DNA of 64,000 nt from a virus. Shown piece by piece: positions 47,937-56,394 of the stretch. Position numbers and translations under genes: made by a program. Within the stretch, counting starts at the first letter, position 1. Every line of letters starts with the position of its first letter. The stretch spans positions 7,285-71,284 of the IMG/VR virus record IMGVR_UViG_3300025679_000007; one strand, written 5' to 3'. The notes below the pieces were generated by a model, which was not told where the DNA came from, did not search any database, and saw only the letters and a program-made list of their open reading frames with translations.

Positions 47937-48554
47937 TTAGTTGTGCAGTGTGTCGCTGGTGATCACGAGGGTGCCGCCGATGGCGTTCACGGTGCCGGCG
48001 TTCCACTCGACCGAAAGCTCACCGCTTCCCGGCGCGACCGTCACCCCAGAGGAAAATGTCGCGACCGGACCACCCTGCCAGTCGGCCATGAGCGTGCCGC
48101 TGTTGACCTGAATGCCAGCACCGTGCGCGATGACGGCGCCCGCGTTCCACTGCGCCTGCAACGTGTCACTGTTGATCGCCAGGCCGGTGTTCACCGCCAC
48201 CACAAGGCCACCCTGCCAGTATGCCTCCAGCGTGCCGCCGGCCAGAAGCGTCAGGCCGGCCCCGATGCTGGAAATGATCGCGCCGGATGCCTGAAGCGAT
48301 CCGCCCGCATTGAACGAAAGACCACCCGCCAAGGGAATGGTCGTGGCGACAGCGGCGACGGTTCCTGGATTGCCAAGCAATGTCGCCGCGAGTTGTGACT
48401 TCGCGGTAAGCGTGCCGCCAAGCTTAACGGGACCCTCGACAAAAAACGGGTTCGGACCAACAACGATCAAAGCGCCGAGTTGTGGCGCCCCGCGCGGGAT
48501 GCGGAGCGCTTCATTTCCCGGTTGTGGATAGACCGGTAATTTGCCGGTCGGCAT
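47937..48554 (-). CDS. Short fibre protein with about 22-aa repeats
   Basis: Repeated G(L/I)..(S/G)GTL.A.W(Q/N)(G/A)G.V units. Confidence 0.65.
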   Translation of the reverse strand: MPTGKLPVYPQPGNEALRIPRGAPQLGALIVVGPNPFFVEGPVKLGGTLTAKSQLAATLLGNPGTVAAVATTIPLAGGLSFNAGGSLQASGAIISSIGAGLTLLAGGTLEAYWQGGLVVAVNTGLAINSDTLQAQWNAGAVIAHGAGIQVNSGTLMADWQGGPVATFSSGVTVAPGSGELSVEWNAGTVNAIGGTLVITSDTLHN

Positions 48555-49384
48555 CAGCTATCGCGATCCGGAGCATCCGCGCTGATTTTCCCGGACGTAT
48601 CCAGCATTTCCCTTCCGAGATCGGGCCGCCCCGCAACGGGAATGGTTACCATCGAACCAATGAACCGAACCGCCATCTCCGTGAAAATGCTGTCCCAGTC
48701 ATACTCCGTGATGAGGGATGTGGAATAGATCAGCGAAGCGCCCACCACATCCGCCCAGATCACTTGCTGGGTGGTGAACACGACTTCGGTTATGTCGATA
48801 AAAAATCCGGTGCCGATCCCTGGTTGCGTCCCACCCGTCGCCGTGGCGGTGATCGCCGGCCCATATCCAGACCCATTCGATGTCAGCGTGTAGGTGCCCA
48901 CCGCCCCGGCACTCAACACGGTGTCGATGACGTAAGTCGCGACCGCGCCAGTGCCACCAAGAATCGTGCCGGTGTCGCCCACCCCGTAGCCGGTGCCGTT
49001 GTAGCCGACAAATGAACCCGCTATGATCCCGGTCACGGTTACGTCACCGACATCCCACCGCACCGGCTGCGGATCGTTCTGATCCCACGTCGCCGGGGCG
49101 ATCTGGCGAACCCGTATGCAGTCGTCCGGGTAAGCGTATTCGTAGGCCCATTGGAGCGGCGGTGTGTTCCCGGTCTGGATCATGGGAATGCTTCTGCGGC
49201 AAAACTCGAAATCCTGATTGCGCAAAAGCATCTGGACCGCGCCAACATACAAAGTGGCGCAGTAGATTCCTGCGGCGGACCCATCGAAGTTGGTTGCCAC
49301 GGTTCCGCTGGCGAGGGGTGGCCCCTGCGCGATTTGCGTGAGCGCCCGATTAACAACTTCGAGAGCGGTCAGGCCGAATGGCAT
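48554..49384 (-). CDS. Tail tubular A/adaptor paralogue 1 with Gly/Thr-rich insert
   Basis: EVVNRAL..FEFCRR..YAYPDDC..WDSIF. Confidence 0.8.
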   Translation of the reverse strand: MPFGLTALEVVNRALTQIAQGPPLASGTVATNFDGSAAGIYCATLYVGAVQMLLRNQDFEFCRRSIPMIQTGNTPPLQWAYEYAYPDDCIRVRQIAPATWDQNDPQPVRWDVGDVTVTGIIAGSFVGYNGTGYGVGDTGTILGGTGAVATYVIDTVLSAGAVGTYTLTSNGSGYGPAITATATGGTQPGIGTGFFIDITEVVFTTQQVIWADVVGASLIYSTSLITEYDWDSIFTEMAVRFIGSMVTIPVAGRPDLGREMLDTSGKISADAPDRDS

Positions 49385-49390
49385 TTGAGG

Positions 49391-49804
49391 TTACTGGACC
49401 TTGCCGGACTTCGCGTTTGGATCGATGTCATCGATGACTTCCATGAGAAGCCAACCGCTAAACCCGGCCTTCCCCATCAGCCGCTCGATGACGCCCAGTT
49501 CAGTGCCATCGACCACCGCCGCCGGATCGTCGCGGAGTTTCTTCGCGAGCACGGCGCGGTCATATCTCTGCTGCCATCCAAGCGATTTTTCATCCTCATA
49601 GGTCCCGTTCAACGCGATGGCCACGGCACCACCCACCGTGAGGGGCGGGCATTTCGAGCAATCCTTGCTATCCGCCGCCATGGCGGTCGGGTCTGGCACC
49701 ACCGCGCCCTGTGGATTGGTGATGATTTTCGTCATGTCGGCCGGATGACTTTGTGCCAAGGCGATGCTCGGAAGAAGCAATAAGGCAAGCAGCACGCGTT
49801 TCAT
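49391..49804 (-). CDS. Secreted protein (fibre-chaperone position)
   Basis: MKRVLLALLLLPSIALA|Q; DCSKC; ATGA overlap. Confidence 0.7.
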   Translation of the reverse strand: MKRVLLALLLLPSIALAQSHPADMTKIITNPQGAVVPDPTAMAADSKDCSKCPPLTVGGAVAIALNGTYEDEKSLGWQQRYDRAVLAKKLRDDPAAVVDGTELGVIERLMGKAGFSGWLLMEVIDDIDPNAKSGKVQ

Positions 49805-51126
49805 GGGCAAACCTTTACCGTTTCTGAGTCGTCCCACAGCGTTCCGGTCGGTTGACTGGAACAAGAGGTCACGAGCGCGGCCGCCTGGACCGAGCCGGAC
49901 AACCGAATGACGCCGGTGCCTTTGGGTAGGAGTGTCATGCCGATATTCGGATCGGATGGGCCGCCGGTTTCCAGTGTCGGGTCGGTTCCCGAGGGCTGCG
50001 CTTGCATGATGAAGGTGTTCTGCGTCCCGCTCGTCAGCCCCTGCACCCGAAAGGTTGGATTTCCGCCGGCATCAAGAAACTGAACGTCGCCGCCCGGTCC
50101 GGTGGATGCCCGGATGGAGTCTGTGTGCACCGTATTGTTGCCATCGACCCGAAATCCGCTCGGTCCCTTCAGGAAGGCGTCCGAGAAGGTGGCCGCCGAG
50201 AAGTCGATGCCATCGGCGGCGGTGCCTGAATTCGAGAGGATCAAAGTGCCGCCGACGGAAACAGGCAGACCAGTGTTCGGGGGAAGCGCGCCAAAGAAGA
50301 TGCCGGCGTTGTTCCAGGTCCAGCCGGCGGGGCGGATGTTCAACGCGGTCTCGAACACCGAGGCATGAGAGGCGCTGAGATCGACGATCGACATACCCTC
50401 GCCCCACTTGAAGTTGGCGCCGGGGGATGTCTCCACATCCATCTCGAACCCGTCGATTTCGTTCCAGTAGATCGGCTGGCCGTGATTGTCGTTGGCGGAC
50501 AGGCGCATGAATCCAGCGTAGGCGAACGCGTCGCCCTGCGCCGCGCTGGGCGTGCCACCGGCATTCGCCGCGATGGTCAAACCGACCGAGAGGGCCCCCT
50601 CAAACAGATTGGTGGTTCCCCCGATGGCATCGGTCATGATGGTATCGATGAACATGCCATTGTGTGATCCGGTGGCCGACCCGCCGCCGTAATGATCGAT
50701 CAAAGTCAACCCGTTCACGCCCCCAACGCTCGTGCCGGTCATGCTCTCATTGACCTGGATCAGGTTCAGCGGAATTTCACACCCTGCGCTGTCGTTATAG
50801 CAGCCGGTGGAAAGGCCGGAGTATTGCTGGGTCAGGTAAATCCCGACGTTGTTCGTTCCAGGGTAACCGCCGGCCCATGCGACATTGGTTGATTGAACCA
50901 AGGTCGCCGTCATGTTGAGGTTTGTCACGGTCTGACCTGGGCTGAACGGCAACAGCGTTTTGATGAAGGCCAGGGAAATCCCGGAATCGCCCACATAGCC
51001 GTTGCGCAACCATTGCGGCACATTGCCAGGCGCGACCGGCCCGACCTGAAGCACGCTTTGAGCGAACGCCACCGGCGTTAAAAAAGAAAAAGCCGCCCCG
51101 AAGGCGGCTCCTAAGAAAAAACGCAC
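49801..51126 (-). CDS. Secreted fibre/spike-like protein
   Basis: MRFFLGAAFGAAFSFLTPVAFA|Q; C-terminal L.PKGTG and CSSQPTGTLW..VKVCP. Confidence 0.7.
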   Translation of the reverse strand: MRFFLGAAFGAAFSFLTPVAFAQSVLQVGPVAPGNVPQWLRNGYVGDSGISLAFIKTLLPFSPGQTVTNLNMTATLVQSTNVAWAGGYPGTNNVGIYLTQQYSGLSTGCYNDSAGCEIPLNLIQVNESMTGTSVGGVNGLTLIDHYGGGSATGSHNGMFIDTIMTDAIGGTTNLFEGALSVGLTIAANAGGTPSAAQGDAFAYAGFMRLSANDNHGQPIYWNEIDGFEMDVETSPGANFKWGEGMSIVDLSASHASVFETALNIRPAGWTWNNAGIFFGALPPNTGLPVSVGGTLILSNSGTAADGIDFSAATFSDAFLKGPSGFRVDGNNTVHTDSIRASTGPGGDVQFLDAGGNPTFRVQGLTSGTQNTFIMQAQPSGTDPTLETGGPSDPNIGMTLLPKGTGVIRLSGSVQAAALVTSCSSQPTGTLWDDSETVKVCP

Positions 51127-51140
51127 GGTGCTGATCCTTT

Positions 51141-51542
51141 TTATTCGTTCGTATGGTTATCCCGGTCAAGAGCAACCCGGCGCTCGTTCTGATCTCCATT
51201 CAGCCGATCGGCCTCGGCGGTGGCGTCCGCTCGGGTCCCGATAAAGCCGGTGCCGACATTGCCAGCGCCCCGGACCTCCCAACCACGCGCGTCAAGCGGG
51301 TCATTGCCGCTGAACGGCACTGGAAAGACGCCGTAGGGTCCAGGATTGCCCGGCCCCGGCGGGGTGGGTTCGCGCTTACTCGCTTCGACGCGCGCCGCCT
51401 GTTCGGCCATGATGGAGCGTGTCGTTGGCGGTTCCGGCACGGGCTGGCCGGCCTGCCGCAACTGGTAGAGCGCCGCGTCGCGAACCGGGGATAGCATTTC
51501 GGTCAACAGCGTGCGTAGTTCGGTGAATTGTTCCGGCGTCAT
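51141..51542 (-). CDS. Hypothetical protein
   Basis: AAAGGA SD. Confidence 0.6.
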   Translation of the reverse strand: MTPEQFTELRTLLTEMLSPVRDAALYQLRQAGQPVPEPPTTRSIMAEQAARVEASKREPTPPGPGNPGPYGVFPVPFSGNDPLDARGWEVRGAGNVGTGFIGTRADATAEADRLNGDQNERRVALDRDNHTNE

Positions 51543-51568
51543 GGCTGCTTCCTTTATGGGAGAGAAAT

Positions 51569-52048
51569 TCAGGCGGCCGGGATCAACGGCTCATGGCCTG
51601 GGGGGCCTTCTGGACCCACCGGACCAGCCGGGCCAACCTCTCCGGCGGGACCAACTGGGCCTGCCGGACCTTGCGGGCCTGGATCACCCTGGGGTCCAGT
51701 CTCGCCGGGAGGGCCGGGAGGGCCAACGACGGTGACGGGCGGCTTGTCGTTCTCGCCGCGGAGAAACGTCAGAATGTCCTGAGCATTTCCGATGATGTTG
51801 TCGCCACCCGCCTGAACGGCGAACTCGACCGCCTGGGCCCGCAACTGATCGATATCGGTCAATACAGCCTCCTGTGTCTGGGTGGGGTAAACGCGCGCGG
51901 CGTTTTGATCGGCCACATCATGGCTGACCGCTTCGTGCATGCCAGGAACAACCTGATTGGGGTGGAGATACAGGATCGTGCCGGCGATGTGGAACACAGT
52001 ATCGCGCAACAGTCGGAAGGGGCGCGGGGTGGAGCGAAAATCTGGCAT
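51569..52048 (-). CDS. Collagen-like (Gly-X-Y) protein
   Basis: [43 protein letters not shown]. Confidence 0.8.
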   Translation of the reverse strand: MPDFRSTPRPFRLLRDTVFHIAGTILYLHPNQVVPGMHEAVSHDVADQNAARVYPTQTQEAVLTDIDQLRAQAVEFAVQAGGDNIIGNAQDILTFLRGENDKPPVTVVGPPGPPGETGPQGDPGPQGPAGPVGPAGEVGPAGPVGPEGPPGHEPLIPAA

Positions 52049-52057
52049 TGTGAACTC

Positions 52058-52270
52058 CTACCGATTTTCCAGGCGCGTGACGCGCGCGGCAAGATCGGCG
52101 ATCAGACCCGCGTCATCCGACGGCACCGATATCGGCTCGTGATGGTATTCAAGAACCTGCTCAGGCATAAGGCAAAGCACGGTGCCGGCCGGGAAATACA
52201 GCGTGTCTCGAAGGAGGCGGTACAGCTTGGGTCGCGATCCTTCGGCCGGAACCGGGAACGGGCTGGTCAT
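52058..52270 (-). CDS. Small protein paralogous to the collagen protein N-terminus
   Basis: YRLLRDTLYFPAGTVL vs [16 protein letters not shown]. Confidence 0.65.
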   Translation of the reverse strand: MTSPFPVPAEGSRPKLYRLLRDTLYFPAGTVLCLMPEQVLEYHHEPISVPSDDAGLIADLAARVTRLENR

Positions 52271-52590
52271 GCGTCGTCATCCGAATCGGTGGATTCGGCC
52301 ATTTCAGATTCGACGGCGATCTTCTCGATGGTCAGTTCCACCCGACATTGATCGCCGCTATCAGTCTGAGTTTTTCTGACCGATGTCACCGAAGCGAAGC
52401 AGCGCATATCGAGGTAGTCGCCCACCTCGCAGTTCTGGCTAAGCCCAAGCTTTTTGAGCAACACGGCATCCATGGTGATGTGCATTCCGTACGGAAAGTC
52501 GTGCACATTCCCAAGTCCCGAGCACGGTATCCCCATGTCGATCTTTTCGTCATCCGTCAGCTCGGTGCTGATCAGCTTGCTCCATGCCAT
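52267..52590 (-). CDS. Putative capsid-associated (staple-like) protein
   Basis: FPYGMHIT..LKKLG..VG..VTSV..VELTI motif, recalled from podoviral head genes. Confidence 0.55.
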   Translation of the reverse strand: MAWSKLISTELTDDEKIDMGIPCSGLGNVHDFPYGMHITMDAVLLKKLGLSQNCEVGDYLDMRCFASVTSVRKTQTDSGDQCRVELTIEKIAVESEMAESTDSDDDA

Positions 52591-52605
52591 GCGGCGCGCT
52601 CCTTA

Positions 52606-52869
52606 TCAGGCGGCCATGCCCTGGACCGGAGGCGGCGCAGCCGCCTGAGAGGTCGCCGGGTCCTGGCCTGGAGCACCTGGAGCGCCACCCGCCTGACCGG
52701 CGGCCATTTCCGCTGCCATCTCGGCCTCATGCTTCTCGTGCAACTCGGCCTCTTCCTTGTTGTGCCGATGTCCCATGTCGCGGTGCGCCGTGTGATGACG
52801 CTCCCGGAGATCGCGCTTTTCGCGCTCATGGCGCCGATGGGCGGCCGTGATATCGTGAAGTTCAGCCAT
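52606..52869 (-). CDS. His/Glu/Arg-rich small protein
   Basis: GGAG SD; HRRHERE..HEKHEAE. Confidence 0.65.
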   Translation of the reverse strand: MAELHDITAAHRRHEREKRDLRERHHTAHRDMGHRHNKEEAELHEKHEAEMAAEMAAGQAGGAPGAPGQDPATSQAAAPPPVQGMAA

Positions 52870-52891
52870 GGAATGATTCTCCGGTGTAACG

Positions 52892-53239
52892 TCAGGCGTG
52901 CAGCGCCTTCATCTCTTCTTCATGCTTGAGGTGCATGTCGCGGTGATCCTTGCGGTGCTCGCCGTGCATATCCATCCGCTCTTTCTCGTGACGGACGTGC
53001 ATCGCCTCCCGCTCGGCCCGACGCCCGCCTTCTTCGGCGCGGCTCTCCCGGCGTCTGGGTTCGTCCCGGCGCGTCTCTCGACGCTCTTCCCTGGGTTCTT
53101 CACGCCGCTCTTCGCGCTTTTCTTCGTGGCGCTCTTCCCGCCTGGGCTCTTCGCCGCGATGCCGGGCAGAACTGTCGCTGTCGTACATCGCGCGAGCGCG
53201 CTCCTTGCGCTCGTCTTTTCGTTCCGGTTCACGCGCCAT
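52892..53239 (-). CDS. Arg/Glu/His-rich protein
   Basis: Extremely charged; AMYD motif; overlaps the previous stop. Confidence 0.65.
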   Translation of the reverse strand: MAREPERKDERKERARAMYDSDSSARHRGEEPRREERHEEKREERREEPREERRETRRDEPRRRESRAEEGGRRAEREAMHVRHEKERMDMHGEHRKDHRDMHLKHEEEMKALHA

Positions 53240-53564
53240 GGGTTGTGTCTCTCATCCGTTTCGAGCGGGGGTGATCGTACATCGCCGAGGCGCGCGACTT
53301 CTTCTTGTCCTCTTTGATGTCCGGAAACTTCTCGTGGACCTTCTCGCGCACTTCCGCTTTTTCGGTGGACGTGCCGTTCGCCGAGACACGAGACAGGGCT
53401 GATCTGGCATGGCTGGCATCGGGAATCGGATACGATCCCGAGCCGGCCCCTTTCGGACCCTCACCCTTCCCAGGCAGCGCGAAGTCGCTCTTTGGCATAT
53501 CTTCACGTTCACGGGCGGTAAGATGGTTTTTCTTCTTCCAGCCTCGCTTGTTTTCTTCAGCCAT
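53229..53564 (-). CDS. DUF6582-like small basic protein
   Basis: MPKSDFALP..YPIPDASHARSAL; AGGAG SD. Confidence 0.65.
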   Translation of the reverse strand: MAEENKRGWKKKNHLTAREREDMPKSDFALPGKGEGPKGAGSGSYPIPDASHARSALSRVSANGTSTEKAEVREKVHEKFPDIKEDKKKSRASAMYDHPRSKRMRDTTHGA

Positions 53565-53613
53565 CGGCGGACTCCTGCTGGCGAGGTCTTGCGCGGTCAG
53601 TCTGGACACCCGA

Positions 53614-54090
53614 TCAGATCAGGTCCCACGTCCCGGTCGGCTGATTGAAAATGTAGCAATAGGTCGTGTTCGCGGTCATGGCGGTGGCGACGTTGGTGAT
53701 GGTCTGGCCACTCCCGGCCGCCACCTGGATCGTCACGGCGGTCTGGGTCTGCGTCGAACGCATGCAGTTCCGTTGGCCATTGCCTGGATTGGGCGCGAGC
53801 GTGAACGTTCCCGTGGCGAGCGTGCCGACCGGCGCGATCAAATACCAACTCTGCCCATTGGCAAACGCCAGCGAAAACGCCGTGAGCGGCACGGCCTTCA
53901 CATAACCCTGCGGCCCGCTGATCTGGGCGGCGGTGGCGAACGTGCTGGCGGCGGAAGGCGCCCCGCCAACAAAATCCTGGAACAGATCGGTCGCACCAAC
54001 CGATGTGACCTGCGGCAACGTGGGTGCCTGCGCCCATGCGCCACCGATACCGGCGAGCGCCAGGACGGCGCCCAACAATAGTTTTTTCAT
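53614..54090 (-). CDS. Secreted beta-rich protein (head-decoration region)
   Basis: MKKLLLGAVLALAGIGGAWA|Q; GGAG SD; Cys pair. Confidence 0.75.
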   Translation of the reverse strand: MKKLLLGAVLALAGIGGAWAQAPTLPQVTSVGATDLFQDFVGGAPSAASTFATAAQISGPQGYVKAVPLTAFSLAFANGQSWYLIAPVGTLATGTFTLAPNPGNGQRNCMRSTQTQTAVTIQVAAGSGQTITNVATAMTANTTYCYIFNQPTGTWDLI

Positions 54091-54106
54091 CGTTTTTCTC
54101 CGGTGA

Positions 54107-54625
54107 TCAGTAAAGCGGCAAGCAGTAAACGCGCACGTTCGCGGTCGCGGCGGCGCCCTGCGGCGTTGTGAGCGACAGATACAAGGTCGTTACCTTGCTG
54201 GTCTGGGTCGGCCCCTGAAAGCGCGTAGTCGTTCCCGCCGCCGCGAGCGTGGCCAACATGGCGCCTCCGGTCGTGTTGACCGCGCCGGTGGTCAGGGGCG
54301 AGTACGCCTGGGTATTCGCCACGATGGCGATCCCACCCTTCGAGGCGGCGCTGTAGAAGCCGCCCGCCGCCGTGGTCAGAGACACACTCGGATCGCTGAC
54401 CACGATGGAGTCGACCATGTATGTCGCGGTCGGGACCGCGATGGCTATGGCCTGGTCAGAAGTGGAATTGAAATTGGCACCCTTCAGCCAGCCGCACTCG
54501 ATCCGGCCCGGCGCATAGGCCTGCCAGGGCGTGTTGGGGAACTGGAACTGGGTGGATTGGGCGTGCAGCGGCGACGCGGCGATAAGAGCCAGTGCGGCGG
54601 AGGCGGTCGCGAGAAGGATTTTCAT
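54107..54625 (-). CDS. Secreted beta-rich protein (head-decoration region)
   Basis: MKILLATASAALALIAASPLHA|Q; GGAG SD; Cys pair. Confidence 0.75.
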   Translation of the reverse strand: MKILLATASAALALIAASPLHAQSTQFQFPNTPWQAYAPGRIECGWLKGANFNSTSDQAIAIAVPTATYMVDSIVVSDPSVSLTTAAGGFYSAASKGGIAIVANTQAYSPLTTGAVNTTGGAMLATLAAAGTTTRFQGPTQTSKVTTLYLSLTTPQGAAATANVRVYCLPLY

Positions 54626-54647
54626 GGATGTCTCCGCGAGAAGCTGG

Positions 54648-55058
54648 TTACGCCGGAATTCCGTTCGATGTGGCCAGGCCGCCCGTGGCCGACATCCTGT
54701 AATTGATCGCGCCGGTGACCGCGGTACAGTCCAGTCGATACGCGACCCCCTTCTCAGGCTCGCTCGGGGTCAGGGACACATCCGTCCCGGTGGCGTAAAC
54801 GGCCAGTTGTCCGGTCCCGCCCGTGTTGCACACGATCCAGGTGGCGCCGCCGTCGAACGACCGCTCAAGCTGAACTGACCCGGTCCACGACCCGTTGGGA
54901 CCGCCATTGCCATAGATGACGACGTTGAACGACCCATAGAAGCAGAACGCCGCCGACACACCCGTTCCGGTGAACGCCCCCGCGATGACGGCATTGGCCT
55001 GATCGTGAACGGCCGGGGAGCCCTGAGCGGCGGAGATACCGGAGAGCGGGATACCCAC
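54648..55058 (-). CDS. Small beta-sandwich virion protein
   Basis: VQLERSFDGGATW..YRLDC. Confidence 0.7.
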   Translation of the reverse strand: MGIPLSGISAAQGSPAVHDQANAVIAGAFTGTGVSAAFCFYGSFNVVIYGNGGPNGSWTGSVQLERSFDGGATWIVCNTGGTGQLAVYATGTDVSLTPSEPEKGVAYRLDCTAVTGAINYRMSATGGLATSNGIPA

Positions 55059-55063
55059 TCAGA

Positions 55064-55789
55064 TCAGACCATTTGCTTCGCGGGCGGCATCAGCGTGCCG
55101 AGGATGCGCTGTTCAACCGTTTTCGTTTCCGCGCCACGGCCTTTGATCGTCGGCGCGTCGCGGCCAACCTGCGGTGCCTGGTCGCGGCCACCCTCGGGGT
55201 TCATCCCGCCGCTGCGCACCACGAGGCCGCCGGCGGTGACGCGTAGATTGGCGGTCTTCCGGGTGTCGCCAATCGATTCGAGGTATAGTTCCATGATGGC
55301 GCGCGCCGGGGCGTTCACCGGTTCCATGTACTGGTTCGGCTCGCCCCACCAGCCGATTTCGGTCGGATGCGCGACGCGGTTGCGGTCCACCCAAAAAGGC
55401 TGAATTTTGCGGTCGCCGAGGTAGACCATCTGACGCAGCGTATAATCAGGCTGAACCCCCGCCGCGATGGTCGCTTCAAGCAGGTCGACGAGCCGCGCCT
55501 TGGCCTTGTTCCGCTTCGCGATTTCCTCCGGGGCCACCACGGCGCGACCAGCGTTTTGATCGCCGACCTTGGATATCTCCATCGCCAGCGCCGCCATCCA
55601 GGACGTATCCCCGGAGGCGTTGGGCGCGGCGGATGCGACGCCAGCCAGCGACTCCCGGAACTCGGCGAGCTGCCGCGCGACCTCCCCGGCGACGGTATCT
55701 CGTGTCGCGGCGGCGACACGCTCCGCGATGATGCGCTCCACCTCATCGGCGGGGATCATGTCGCGCGTTTTTTCAGTGGTGGGCGGCAT
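55064..55789 (-). CDS. Hypothetical head-region protein
   Basis: GGAG SD; typical codon bias. Confidence 0.7.
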   Translation of the reverse strand: MPPTTEKTRDMIPADEVERIIAERVAAATRDTVAGEVARQLAEFRESLAGVASAAPNASGDTSWMAALAMEISKVGDQNAGRAVVAPEEIAKRNKAKARLVDLLEATIAAGVQPDYTLRQMVYLGDRKIQPFWVDRNRVAHPTEIGWWGEPNQYMEPVNAPARAIMELYLESIGDTRKTANLRVTAGGLVVRSGGMNPEGGRDQAPQVGRDAPTIKGRGAETKTVEQRILGTLMPPAKQMV

Positions 55790-55802
55790 TCAGGTGTCTC
55801 CG

Positions 55803-56357
55803 TTACAGGACCGCGTAGTTACGAGCCGCGTAGCGAATGGTGTAATCGTCACGGCCCGATGTCGCCAAGGCGAACGCGATCGTGCCGGCGGTGAAGTTCA
55901 GGCCGCTCGGCACCTGCGCCAACAGGCGGACGTAACGCGGCGGCGGCATGGTCTCAGGGAACGACGGCGGCCAGTCGAATCGCGCGATCCGGGTTTGCGC
56001 CACGCATTGCGCGGCCGTGAGGGGGCCGGTTTCCACCAGGGTTTGCCACGTTCCAGGGGCATAGGAACCCGTGGCGCCGGTATCCGCCGCCGCCTGGACC
56101 GCCAGATTGAGCGTGCAGGAGTCGCCTGTCACGAGACCCGTGCCGATCACGATGTCCAGCATGACCCGGTCGCCGCCAATGCCGAAATCGGTGCCGAACT
56201 GGTTATTGTAAACGTTGCCGATGATGTTTCCGGGCGCCATGCCGACCCCCTGCCCCAGCAGGTCGAGCACGGCCGATGGAATGTTGATACCGGCGCCGGC
56301 CACGAGGGAAAGCGGAGCGAATGGCAAAACGAAAGAAACAAGTGCATCCGTGCGCAT
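55803..56357 (-). CDS. Capsid cement/decoration protein (Bbp16-like)
   Basis: Follows the capsid gene; MRTD..DL..RYVRL..FTAG. Confidence 0.72.
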   Translation of the reverse strand: MRTDALVSFVLPFAPLSLVAGAGINIPSAVLDLLGQGVGMAPGNIIGNVYNNQFGTDFGIGGDRVMLDIVIGTGLVTGDSCTLNLAVQAAADTGATGSYAPGTWQTLVETGPLTAAQCVAQTRIARFDWPPSFPETMPPPRYVRLLAQVPSGLNFTAGTIAFALATSGRDDYTIRYAARNYAVL

Positions 56358-56394
56358 TTTATTCTCCTGTCAGAGTATTGCGTTGTTCAAATAC

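Noticed and set aside
20395-51126. Diversity-generating retroelement, suspected because of the BPP-1-like architecture
   Set aside because: No reverse transcriptase and no template/variable repeat pair seen in this window
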